64,000 bases of DNA from Bigelowiella natans CCMP2755 (taxonomy: Eukaryota; Protista; Cercozoa), in assembly GCA_000320545.1 (NCBI GenBank), contig ADNK01001329.1:1-64000 (forward strand), in the 5' to 3' direction. Made by a program: the position numbers and the translations under genes. Position 1 is the stretch's first letter, and each line of letters starts with the position of its first letter. Of the stretch, positions 1 through 12,962 are shown piece after piece. Below the pieces are notes generated by a model. That model saw only the letters and a program-made list of their open reading frames with translations. It ran no database searches and was not told the origin of the DNA.

Positions 1-96
1 CAAGTGAAGATCTGAGCAGGAGTAGCAAAACAAGTAAGAATAATAATCAAGTGTCCATTGCCTGATTTCTCTGAGCAAGTATGTTTGCAATATACA

Positions 97-167
<71 letters not shown>

Positions 168-210
168 ACTCACACACTCACACACACACACACACACACA
201 CTCACACACT

Positions 211-262
<52 letters not shown>

Positions 263-591
263 AAGATCGAGCTTCTTTATACTCATAAGGTTGTTATTGG
301 TAGTATCCGCGTTGTTGTGTTGTAGTACCAAAAGCCATATTTTAAAAAGCTTAAGCAGATTGCTGTGTCTCCGACGATCAGTCTCGCGATAGCACTATTT
401 CATAAGGAGGAAGAAGAACACACAAATTCCAATCAAGAGTATGGTGCTGCCATATAGAATCCGTCATGTTATCGGAATAATAATAATAATGATGAAAATA
501 ATATCGATGTGCTACTACCATCAGGCCGAATAAGAACATCCCAATGCGAAGTGCTGTGATTTATAATCAATGTTTGTTTATAGTGCAATAC

Positions 592-635
<44 letters not shown>

Positions 636-771
636 GAGATAATGTGTGCTTTCCAGAAATTGATGAGACATTTGGCACAGTTCTAAGGCTATGAGAACGA
701 ATGAGAGATTATGGGATGATATACTTTTAACTCTTGATTTCCCCTTCATCATCATCATCACCATCATTTGA

Positions 772-808
<37 letters not shown>

Positions 809-1448
809 TTGATATATATTATCATCATCCCAATTGATATCATCATCGCTCTCATCGTCATTTCAGTTCTTACCAACGAAGGGATGTAGTCCAAGATATC
901 TTTGAAAAAGAAGGAGAAGAAGAAGAAGAAGAAGAAGAAGAAGAAGAAGAAATATTTTTGCAAGATCAGGCACCGTGGCTTGTTGGCTATCATGACACAG
1001 ACCGCTTTTGTAAGTGGGGGCGCGGTCGTCGTTGGAAGAATACAAGCAAAATGCGCTGTGATGCACTCATATTGGAACGAAAGGGCATTACGTTTCCAAA
1101 TACTTCTCGCCACATTTTGTAATATCATCCTCATCACCATCATCGAATTCAGCACATTGCAGTCATTTCTTTTCTTCTTCTATTCTTCTTCTTCTTCTTC
1201 TTTCTTCTTTCTTCTGCCTCTTACGATTTCAACGCAAAGGGAATCCAGTTAACGATGATAACAGCCAGCAAAAGCGCTATATTCATCCCCCTGCAATTGT
1301 CATTATCATTATTGCATTCATCCCCATGCAATTGTCATTATCATTATTGCCTTCAAGATAACAAATGAGGAGGGTGTCGTACATCTCCTGTACCCCATGA
1401 GAAATGAGGACATATAATGTCCTCATCTTGACTTCTCACTCGTTTCTT

Positions 1449-1487
<39 letters not shown>

Positions 1488-1759
1488 AGAGGTGGCCGAC
1501 GAAACAAAAGCCGGGTTGAATATGCCCCCTTTCCCCCTATTTTCCATCTCTCTTCTCTCTTCTCTCTTCTCTCAAAAATGTCAATATACTCACACTGGCG
1601 CTAAAAGGCGTAATATCATCGGTTCTAAGAAACAGCAGATATGAATAAATGGCAATGATGATGATCACGAGGAGGAGAAGGAGGAGGGGGAGGAGAGAGA
1701 ATGACACTTAGTTGCCAGCTATGCTGTGAAAGGAAGAAAGTTGCTTATCCGGTATTCGT

Positions 1760-1803
<44 letters not shown>

Positions 1804-2078
1804 GAACGTATATCTTGACAACTCTCGACAGATAGCATTGTAACAAATAATAACAATAATAATACGATAAGACGACTACTACTACTGCTACTATAACTAC
1901 ACTACCGTTACGTAACATTGAGTATGAAGAGCGATCTCCTCGTTGTCTGAATATAGCCTATAGAGCAGAAAGAAGGATTAGGAGGAGGGATAAGACAAGC
2001 GGAGAGGTTGTGAATAGATAAATAGAGAGAGTCTTACATATATGAGAAAGAAACACAGGAGAAAAATAGAGGGGGGGG

Positions 2079-2112
<34 letters not shown>

Positions 2113-2430
2113 TTGACTAATTTAGCGTATCATTTGCTTCTGAATAAGATAGTATTCTTCTTCCTCTACTTCCCCCCCCTCCTCCTTACGTACGAAGTAT
2201 AATGTGAATCCAACATCAGCAAGGGCCCAGGCTTCAAAAGCGCTAAATGGTACTGTGGCGACGAAGAGTAGCGCCAACACAAAATGACATCAATAATGTT
2301 CACGACGAGAGATTTTTCATCGGCCAGCAAACCACATGCGAGTACTAATACGGCATATCTCTGCACTTGATCCACACCAGAATATATTGAAGCTACAGGG
2401 GGAAGCAGGTGCTCAGCGAAACTCATGTCT
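1..2430 (-). CDS. Probable coding exons of an unidentified hydrophobic protein region: either a C-terminal extension of the RBR gene or a separate gene running off the window
   Basis: Short complex segments between microsatellite introns translate to e.g. YAVLVLACGLLA, SIWKRNALSFQYECITAHFACILP, LRIGMFLFGLM and AIARLIVGDTAICLSFLKY. No family recognised. Confidence 0.4.
1281..1350. repeat. 35-bp tandem duplication (2 copies, 1 mismatch)
   Basis: attcatcccc(c/a)tgcaattgtcattatcattattgc x2. Confidence 0.9.
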
Positions 2431-2433
2431 TAC

Positions 2434-2486
<53 letters not shown>

Positions 2487-2493
2487 ATCTATC

Positions 2494-2538
<45 letters not shown>

Positions 2539-2724
2539 AGAAACACATATATGCCAAGTATGCGTGTAGTTGATGTAGTTAAGAATTACTCTGCGGAACT
2601 TCAACTGCGAGACTGCTATTCCCAACTCCAGCACTTTGTAACATCGATACCGCAGCAGGAGCAACGTTGTAGAGATCCACAGAGAATTTTACGAATAGCA
2701 CCTATCGAGTGCGGGCATGCGACT

Positions 2725-3994
2725 ATATTTGCTCCTGTGCATACGCCTCAATTTGTGAATAATGGTGTGGGCAAGCAGGTAGTAGGGTAGTTCCAAAATC
2801 CACTGCTGTATCTCCCTTTGATGGTGCGGCATGGTGTCATTACTACCAACTATCTGTTTACCAGAGTCGCCATCATTTTCATCATCGATCTATACCCCTG
2901 GCCATTTATGATGCCTCCGTACTGATAGCATAGAATGGAGGAGGAGGAGGATGTAGTAGCGGCAATAGTAGTAGTGATGAGCTGCTACTGCTATTGCTGC
3001 TATTGTGTTCTACCTGTGAGCATTGGCTGGAGATGGAGAAATGGTTTGCATTAGAAATTGCAGTGCCACATAAGAAGCAGAACTCATGACGGCAGCTCTG
3101 GCACGTCATGCGGTTGTTTCCTAGGGGTGGAGGGGGGGGGAGGGGGCGGTCATACATGTATCATCATCATCGCATTAATGTTTAAATGAATACAGAAGAA
3201 GAGGAGAAAGACATTTGGCCATCTTCCTTGCTAGTTTCTATCATTGTTGTCCCCATCGTGTGTTTGCATGTGCATGGTGTCAATAACAGGTGTGTTTGAA
3301 GATTTACTACTACTTCTACTACTACTACCAATAATAACAATAGCAATTAATAATGATAATTGTAATAACCGTTTTTTCGCTCGACAAACATGCCACATCT
3401 TGGGCAATCAGTGAGGTCCCGGCCCCTTGTCCATTGCTTGATATAACGCGCGACGATGCAGCGCACGGCGAGAACACAACAACACGATGAAAACCAGGAT
3501 TAGTAGTAATAATGCACCCCAGACAATACACACACACCAATTGTTGTTTGTTTTTGTTGTTGTATGTTGGCAGTCAGAAAGAGGAGAGCAGTAAAATGTA
3601 GAAGAGGAGGAGAGGGGGAAGAGGAAGAGGAATGATGAACTCTTCAAAGCAGAGATTCATTTATCATAAACATCCCCACAATCTGTTAAGACGCAAACTC
3701 TTTCTTTCTCTTTCTCTCTCTCTCTCTCTTTGACTCGCACACACACACACGCACACGCACACAGATGGGAGCGTCATCTACGACTAGAGAAGTAGGTGGT
3801 GTGTGCAAGCAGCACAGAAGGAGTGGCTGATGATGATGGTGATGATGATGACGTTGTGTAGCATGATCCACCTTTTCTTCCTTATCCCACGACTTACAGT
3901 CACTCCCTGATTGATAGTAGAGCATCATAGGAGAGAGGGAAAGGAGGATGGTGACGAGAGATGAATAGATCGATAGGCAGGTAAAGGAGAGAGT

Positions 3995-4047
<53 letters not shown>

Positions 4048-5087
4048 GCATCAACAATAAACGCAAACATTTCCACCATGACCTCACCGTAATAGCATAT
4101 CTCAAACTTGTTGTAAGAGTAGTAATACGCATTATCATCATCATCATCATTATCATCATTATCATGTGGCAGGTTGATGTGATGATGTGCTATTCCTCCC
4201 AACAAACAACCCAACCTGGATGATAAGGTAGACTGCAATCGAAACATACACTGCTCCTATATTATTCAGTATTCACAACACGACAACAGCAGCAGAAACC
4301 AACACATAAATCCACATCATGCAGAGGGGGCACACGTAAGGAGAGTGCATATTAGCACTTGATGATATCACCATCCACACACTTGCTTGGGTATTCATTG
4401 CGGGTATATACATAAATGTAATGTGGTAGAAGGAAGGAAAAGAATATCACGACATAACCATTACATTTGATGGATGATGCCATAACTATTTTGTTGTTTT
4501 TCCATCAAAAGTAGCCTTGGCTTCATGTAGCATATAATCACCAACGCCCCCCCCCCTCCCCCTCTCCGCATACACTTTTTCGTCTACTAATATGAGCTAC
4601 CAACACGAGGAGCAAACGGATTTCCGCTTTGGCGGCGACGAGGACAAAGCTGGTTAAAGTTTATGCATAAGAAAACAGAATAACAGCGAGGAATCAATGT
4701 ATAAATGCGGAAACAGACAAGATAATGTCCACGTTACTAAATCCGTTGGTGAACACGTGCACATGTGCGTATAACCCCCTCCACATGCATTATTTTCTTT
4801 CTGTATTTGATTTGATAAGTTTTTGCCGTTGTTATCTATCGTTTCCTCTTCAATGTTAGTTTCACGCATCCACATCATCCATCATCGTCATTAATAGACC
4901 CCCCCCCTTTGTCTTGGACAACAAACTACAAATAGCTCTAATTCTTCGCTCGAGTAGTATTGTCACCTTCTCCTAAGAGCTTTGGTAAAAGCAGAAATCC
5001 AATCCCAGAAGTTGCGAAATAGCCAACGCAGTTGCGAAGGCTATCACCCGAGAAGAGAAAGCTCTGAAGAGGTTGATATTGAGGGTC

Positions 5088-5124
<37 letters not shown>

Positions 5125-6029
5125 GCAGAAGGGGGGTTATAGCACATACGGATCTTCTCGTTTTAACTATTGTGTGAAGAACCGTATTTCTACTATCGTT
5201 TGAATCAATGGCGAGAGGATATATTGTCTAAATGTGGTTTTGTATAATTGCGGAAATTGCCCACCGTGAGCGGCACTATTGTACTCCAAATAACGTCAAG
5301 CACGGGGCCTTTAAGCACACCGAGATAGTCGTACTGGTACCTATTTTGCACGCAGATACATCCCATCATATCAAATGACAATAACAGATGTATACTCTTA
5401 TTTTTTGCGGGAAAAGGTATGCTTTTGTAGACGCATTTATCATCACCCTCACCCTCACCCTCACCATGACCACCACCATCACTGTCAGTTGTAGATGTAA
5501 GTGTTTCTTCTAAAGTTTACAGTTTCGAAATGAATGTTGCAATGAGTCGGCATTTTATGTAGGTATCTAGCCCCCTCCATCCCGCCCCCCCCCCCCCCCC
5601 CCCTTGCCAAGCTCTGCCAACTGCCGGCTTGCTCACTACCCATGAATCGGTTTGCTGCACTTTGGGTTTGGACACCATCGTACGTTCGGGTCCGCACGCA
5701 ACCTTTTGTTTGTTGTAGGAAGAAATATACTCATACTTGAGGATGGGGGGGAGAAGGACGACGAACGACGACGATAGATACCACCAACAGATTCTATAAT
5801 AATGATGATAATGATGATGATGATGATGATGATGATGGATGATGGGGGTGGTGGTGAAGATGATGACGCAGAAGGGAGGAATACGCGTGGTAATACTACT
5901 AATACTGCCACTGCTGCCACAACGGCAAATACAACCTTGCTTGTTTGACGAAGTTCTTGTACTTATCAAACATCTTATTGCCAACGTAGAGCTTAACATC
6001 GGAATCGGAAATCTATACGCATAGTGTAT

Positions 6030-6104
<75 letters not shown>

Positions 6105-7608
6105 GATAGCTGTTTCTGAATGTGTTTCTTCTAATTGTTGTTTTGTTTGTTATCATGAATCATCCTCTTCTTCATCATCCGCCGAGAGTATCTCAACTAC
6201 TACCTTGCGGTCGCAGTTGTTCATGATGCAAGTCACCTCTAACGGTAGTAAGTAAGTAAGTACGTCGTAATCGTGGCGGTGGTAAGGAGGAAGGAAGGAG
6301 AATGATAAGAGAGGAAGAGTTGCGGTATAGTAGTGATGATAGTAAACATATAAAAACAACACCTATGAAGAAGGAATACACCAACATCATATGTATAGCA
6401 TTATCTGGATTGATGAACTCCTACCTTTGGCGATTATTTGAGATTCAAGCTTGTCTTTGAGGTAGCCCCTCCAGCACTTTTTGTGGAAATAATGGCCGCA
6501 ACTTGGCAGCTCTGAATGAATTAGCGAGGATAATGTGAAGCATTTAGGTTGGGAGTGGTACTACTCCCAAGTGAAGATATTATCATGGGTTAATGTGTGT
6601 CGAGTAGCGGCGCAGGTGTATTAGTAGGTAGTAACCACCTGCTCTCATCCCGTTGGTAAACGTTTGATTGTCATCAACGCTTTTAATCTCCTCGAAACAC
6701 ACCTTGCACGTCTTTGGTTTTCCAGCATCATTATTCTGGTCTTTGCTCGATTTGGCTTCCCTATTATGATGAAGAATATAAACGGATGATGACGGGTGTT
6801 TCTTAGATGAGAATCGAGACCTACGGGGTTCTACCTGTGCTTGGTGTTCTGTTCAAGAATCTCCGACGATTTCTAAACATACATTTTTTTAAGAAAGAAA
6901 CTAGTTCGTTATCATTGCTTGTGATTCAAGCGAATGCAAACCTTTCTGATCAATTCTGGGGTTGGCTGAAAGATCTTATTGTCAGATCTTTCCTCAAGGC
7001 TTTTTCGTTCCCTCTCATCATGGACGCGTATTAGCTCGCCTAGAACAGTCTGTTAAATCAATAATTGTACTTTTCAGCTTAACTGCCGTCTCGGTCATTA
7101 TCTGAGCAACGATCTCTTACTACTACTACTACTACTACGTGCATGAATGACCTGGACTGTTGGATCTAGGTCGGGCACTTTGTTGATAGCCCGGCAAATA
7201 TCTTCCAATTTAAAACCCCTGCTCCATATTTTGATGTTTGATTCTCAATCTGATACAAAAAGGATACTTGAAGAATTTCTACGTACATGTGAATCAGCGG
7301 GCGAATAATCGTTGACTTCTGACGCATCAGAGTGGGACGGGACTGAAGAGAACACAGTCAGTGGCGAGCTGGCTGCCGACAGAAATATCAAACGCGGGGA
7401 CTATAACCACCAATCAGTATATGGATATTTTCATCATAGTGCACACTTAAAATAGGAGTGAATAGCTCACAATCGTCGACTTCGATTGTTGAACCCAAGT
7501 TTATCGATCGAACGACGGGAAAAATCGATATACCGGGCGCTTCTCTTTGATTTTCCCTCCGATCTTCTTATTTTTTCTGGGTTTTCGCGTGGACTTCACC
7601 CTCGCCAT
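2725..7608 (-). CDS. Multi-exon RBR (RING-IBR-RING, Ariadne-like) E3 ubiquitin ligase; ends approximate
   Basis: Minus-strand exons give RING1 (LPSCGHYFHKKCWRGYLKDKL ~6430-6510; VTCIMNNCDRKVV ~6200-6235), IBR (VRWCPNPKCSKPI ~5645-5685) and RING2 (NRMTCQSCRHEFCFLCG ~3060-3120). Putative ATG at 7608 (MARVKSTRKP). Confidence 0.8.
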
Positions 7609-8142
7609 TTTCCTACCCTGGACCGCTCCTGGAGTCTGTGATTTGGATGCCCTTCTGGAATGCCGATGTGTGCACCTTTTGTTATAATTTCTAAGAAGCA
7701 TCGGCAAGACGCAAGATGAGAATCGCATGCATCTTGGACAATAATTGATGTCTTCTGTGAGGCAAACGTTAAGTTAACCTCTTGCATTATATGGATGCGT
7801 CAACAAACCATGTTGTCGCATCTTAGGCAGGGCGTATCTATGATGAAGGAATCTCATAATCACTGAATTTCAAGTAGTTTGTATGTCTAAAACCCACCAT
7901 AAAAACTGCAATTACTACGCAGCGACAAGAACATATTGTACCCTGAGGAGTAAATTAGATACATTTCTGTTACATGAACTCAGTCAACCCTTTCTCGTGT
8001 TCTTAATATTGCGCGGCAGTGCGTTCCCTTTAGCTGTGGCGTGTGTGGCGTAGCTAGTTCTTTACTGCAGCCCCATCGCTTCTATTCATCCTTTTAGAAG
8101 AAGGGAGAACCCTTTGATAAACCAAAAGTAGAGACTCAACTC

Positions 8143-8963
8143 ATGCCAGAAAGAGTGGTCATCAGCAACAAGGAAAGGCCGCTCACCTTAAATGAGCGCT
8201 TTGCGACCCTCAACCCACAGCCAAGGGTTGCTGTCAAAAAGAAAGTATTGACTATCAAGCAAAACCCAAGGTATAATCTGTTCGGCGCTGCACCACTACT
8301 TCCTTGTGACTAAAGAGAGGGTGTTGTCAGGAAGATACTCATGGAGGAAAAGCAGAAGCAGGATCGACGGAGATTGATGGAACAGAAGCGGCAAGCGAGT
8401 GTAGCACGAGGGCGGGGAAGAGGCCGGGGACGCGGACGTGGACGAGGAAACAACCGTGCTGGACGAACACAGCAAGGGGGGCAGATGACCAACGTAAGAT
8501 TGGCTGAAAGATTTCCTCAACTATATGTCATTGTTACCTGATTAATTTGTTATCAACATGAAGAGAGGCAAGGGCAGGGGAACTACTGGTAGAGGCCAGC
8601 GAGGCCGTAAGGGGAGAGGTTCCAACCAAGGCCGTGGAAGAGGACAAAATAATAGTGTGAGAGGTAATGGCAGGGGAGGACGGGGTGGACGAGGACGCGG
8701 AGGACGAGGTGGCTCGCAGGGTAAAGCCAAACAGGCTAAGGCAAAGGCACAAAACCAAAAAAAGAAAACTGCCAAAGAATTACCTAAGATGAAGAGCAGG
8801 GAACAGTTGGATGAGGAGCTCGACAGGTCAATGCTCTGTCTCCATCGTAATGATGTGTACTAAGTGAGATTGTTGCAGGATGATGAAAAGGGACCCGCAA
8901 AAATGCAAACTAGATGATGCTTTAGAAGCATTCGTACAAGCCAAACAGAAGAAAGAGTCATGA
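8143..8963 (+). CDS. CHTOP: CHTOP/Fop-like RGG-rich mRNA export/chromatin protein (about 4 exons)
   Basis: N-terminal VVISNKERPLTLNERF resembles CHTOP KVVLKSTTKMSLNERF. Central RG/RGG repeats. C-terminal tandem UAP56-binding-type motifs SREQLDEELDR..KLDDALEAF. TGA at 8961-8963. Confidence 0.75.
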
Positions 8964-8984
8964 TCAGCAGAAACGGAAGCGTCA

Positions 8985-9018
8985 GATGGATTGAATTTTC
9001 CGATGGATTGAATTTTCC
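8985..9018. repeat. 17-bp exact tandem duplication just downstream of the CHTOP-like stop
   Basis: gatggattgaattttcc x2. Confidence 0.9.
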
Positions 9019-9369
9019 GAGGATCAGATTCAAAGCTTCATCATTGCACAGGAAATGTGACGCAACGAGTTTGATTCAGCAAACATGCTAGCATGCTGTG
9101 AAGCGAATTCAACTACCTGACACAATATAACAAATGTAATTGCTCTCGCAGCGCATGATGCACCAAAACCTCTAGACCTATAGATGTGGGTTGCAACAAG
9201 GGCGCTACATTGTGCAAATTTGAGCATCAATCATGATCGAAACAGATGAATGTGCGCAGCCCGCCTACAGAGCGATGCATGCACACATGCGGCAGTGTGA
9301 CATTGCTGCTAGATTGAATGGAAAGCGCACGGCGAACAGTCTAGTAGTGGCGGTACAGGTGCGCTAAAT

Positions 9370-10065
9370 GCAAAGCACATGTGCTTGTCAGCTAGCTAGA
9401 AGAGCACAGCAGAACGTGCTGCTGCCATGGGCTGGCGGCTGCATGACTCAGGACTGCACTGGCGGTTGCATGACTAGCTAGCTAGCTGGCGGGTGACGTG
9501 CGGCTAGTTGTCAAGATCAGCATGTGGACAATGACAATTTTTGGGAGAAAAACAAAAAAAAGTCAGGAATTGTTCCAGAATGCTGAATGAGCGATGCGGC
9601 AACCATGTGCATTGATTGTCAATTGGAGTTGCATTGAGCTAGCACGCTGGCATGTTGACACAATCAATCAATGAATTTGAACTTGCATCGCATCACAGGC
9701 CCACAACACTCGCTACGTCATCGCAACATTGAGATGACGCACCAAAAAAGTCGAGACAGGGCTAGGGGGGGCTAGCTAGCTAGCTAGCTAGCCCCCCATC
9801 TCGACTTTCCACATCAAGCTCGTTGTTCGAACTGATGGCGTTTCGAGTGCCATTGACAGGGCTCCCAGTGCGATGCAGACTTGGACGCGTGCTTTTGCAG
9901 CCAAGCGCACACGCAAGACACTTGCAGTGCACGAAGTGCAGTGCCTCGAACTAGCTTCAGTGAGGTCCAACTGACCAGCCTAGTCAAAACAGAAGGAATT
10001 CAAGAATGGCATTCTGGCCATTGTGAAGCGGCATGAATGGCAGCAATGTGGCGTGAACGCAAAGC
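9370..10065. other. TpA-depleted intergenic island 1
   Basis: About 16 TpA in ~700 bp, of which 15 are in CTAG and 1 in CTAC. Rich in TG/CA; CpG retained. Confidence 0.85.
9747..9808. repeat. Inverted repeat/hairpin with a perfect 32-bp palindromic core G6(CTAG)5C6
   Basis: aaagtcgaga...gggggg-ctagctagctagctagctag-cccccc-a-tctcgacttt; core at 9766-9797. Confidence 0.9.
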
Positions 10066-10410
10066 ATCTACTCTGAGTAGGAATTTCCTGAAGGCTACAA
10101 CGGACGGGTCGTCCGAGGGGGCACCAACCAAGACTGCAGTCTGAATGAATTGATGAATGAATTGAGCTTGAGTGTCCCTCAATCCAAGATTTCCCGCTTT
10201 GTCGCAGTTGTAAATTCCCATTGTTTTCTCTTGGAATTTGGTTCAGTTTCGCAGTTATGCCTCTGTAACGGGATTCTTCTCCGGTGAGTACTGCAGCTGG
10301 GGCGTTGAATGTCAGCAACCTCATAACAGCTCCTTGAGTAGCTTAGATGCTCTGCACTGCCTCAGCCTCATGAGTCTTCATCCCTTGTCTTGAAGGAGTT
10401 GCTGTAATGA

Positions 10411-12905
10411 ATGCAGGGGATGAGCATCCTACGGGAGATAAAGGTAACTTCAATGCGTCTTCCACTTGCTGGCCTTACTGATTTTCCTTCGTTGTTTGGT
10501 GTACCAGCAGACGATGGCAAGAAAGGATCCGCTGAAACAGTTGGAAACCAGAAGAAGAAGAAGAAGGAGACAACTTCGAGCCAATCAAATAGTCCAGTTT
10601 CAGGAAGTTTGAATCCACGAACCGTCCAAGTCGATGCAAAGTCACTCTCTTCTGCTGCGTCTTCAAAAAATCAAGCTTCAGATGCAGGGACGATGAGTGA
10701 TCTTCAAAAAGATATGCTGTCGTCACAAAATCCGTCAAGTAAGAGCAGGAGGACCAAAATATCCGGTTCCAATCTCTCTCCTCTCGACAAGTTTGTATCT
10801 CAGAAGGCCACAGACCGAAAAGATTTGGAAGGGAAAATTAATAAAAAGCTAAAAGACTTATCAGCTGTAGTAACACCAAGCATGGAAGAAGTGAAAGATG
10901 AGAAGTCAATAGACAATTTTAATCTTCAACCACCAGTCCTCATGGCATCCGCGTCAACAGGTATTCTGAGGCGCAGAAGGAGTAATGATCCGCCAGCAAT
11001 GGTTGGCTCAGTCCCGATTAACTCACTAATGCCGCCATCATTAGAGTATTCCCAATCAATCAACATTGAGGTAAGGAGGCGGAAGGGCTGGTCTGTGGAG
11101 AGAGAGAAAGCGAAGAGAGCTATAAGTCGAACACCCAGGAGCCCACTCGAATTGAAACATTCGCTCGAAGTTGAGTCGTGGACAAAAAGGCACAACATTA
11201 AGGATGGAGAGGCGTTGGACAGGTTTCTAAAAGTATTGATCGAAATGGAAGGTGTCGGCTCCAACAAAGGGAGGATCCGCTCCAAAAAAGCGTCGCCGCG
11301 CAAGCGCTTCAATTCCGTTCCCGACCAATTGAAAGATGTAGCACGGGGATTAGTGGATGATGGCCGTCCCCCACGACATGGCAGCGTAGACTTGAAATAC
11401 GAGAGCCAAGATGCTTCTCTTCCACCAGGCACAGAGACTACTGCTTCTACAGGATATTGTACAGAAGATGATTTTGAGCTAATCAACGCGGAACCGACGT
11501 TCCGTTGGCTGAGAAAGGTACGAGCAAAACCATCTACTGCAGATGAAAAGATGCGCCGTGCTATAGCTTATGTCAGAGACGCGCTATACTCGAGAGGGCA
11601 CAAATATAAGGAAGCTTACTCGGACAGTCAGGACGAGTTCACTCAACGTGTTTTGCGTATGAAACAATCAATTTGGTATCGGATGTTCCTTCAGGGAACT
11701 GTTGTCCTTCACATGGTTCTCATGTTAATAGAGCCTTCATGCGACCAACACATTGAAAACTCAACTCTTATTGCATTGGCTGTACTGGATACTATGTGTG
11801 TGACGATATACATAGCCCATATTGTGGTGGAATCTGCTGCAATTGGGATATGCGGCGTAGTTGGAAGTGGAAAGCGGCTCCCTGCTCTCTTCATTGTAGC
11901 CTGTCTGGCTGCAGACACAATTCAGAGTCTTTTAACGATATCTCGGTCCGATGGTACGGTGCCATTTCGATGGACAATGCCAATGCGGCCACTCTTATTA
12001 ATATCATGGAGGAGGGATTTATTTAGGGTGACAGTAACCGTGTTCTCGACTCTGGGAAACCTGGCAGGTCTCAGTGCAGTGGCGGCCTTGGTAATTATAT
12101 TTTACGCGTTCCTCGGAGTGAGACTATTTTCTGGATTATATCCGAAGAACTGGGAGGCTGGAGCAGACTTCGATTCTTTCGAACGTGCATGTATCTCTTT
12201 GTTCGTTTTACTTACGACAGAGAACTACCCAAACTGTCTCTACCCAGCGCTCAATTACAACCAGTGGTCTGTTGTCTACTTTTGGTCGTACTTTTCGATC
12301 ATGGTGCTTCTGATCATGTCAGCTGTGATTGGCGTTTTCATAGACTCATATCGAGAGACCATTTCAACCGCAGCGGTCATTGAAAGAAAGAAACAAATGA
12401 AAACATGTCTGGAGGCTTTTTACTTGTTGTCTGAGCCTGTAGTGGTATTAGATCAGAACCACAAGGGAGACGTAAGGACACAGAATATCATGGCGGTGAG
12501 ACGTAGCTGCGTGAAAGAGCTTGCCGAGGGGGTGGTTGATGAGAAACACAATTTTCAAATCCGAACTCTTTTGGATCTATGCTGTGATATATCCAATCCT
12601 GATGAAGCTGATAAGGTGAACGATATGCATGCTAGTGATGAGCAGTTCGTTAAGTTCTGCCGACACCTGGGCGCCCTATCAAAGAAAACGAGAGCAACAA
12701 CGTTACCAGGAGAAAATACTGTACAAGAGTCCAAGGGTGAAGCAGCCGTCAGTCAGGGAAGACTCATCCCCTTTTTGCGGAGATTATCTTCGCAACATCT
12801 CGTTGAATGGGAATCTTGCGAGTGCTGTGAGGACTACGATTGTAGTTGTGTCTCCAGATTGGCTGATTGGGTAGTTAAACCAAGTCGATGCGGAATAGTA
12901 CTACA

Positions 12906-12962
<57 letters not shown>

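Noticed and set aside
58-4247. Many ORFs with poly-SL, HT, RE, YI, K or M runs (also throughout the window)
   Set aside because: These are translations of intronic microsatellites, which lack stop codons.
10926-11486. 186-aa antisense ORF
   Set aside because: Shadow of the TPC-A coding exon.
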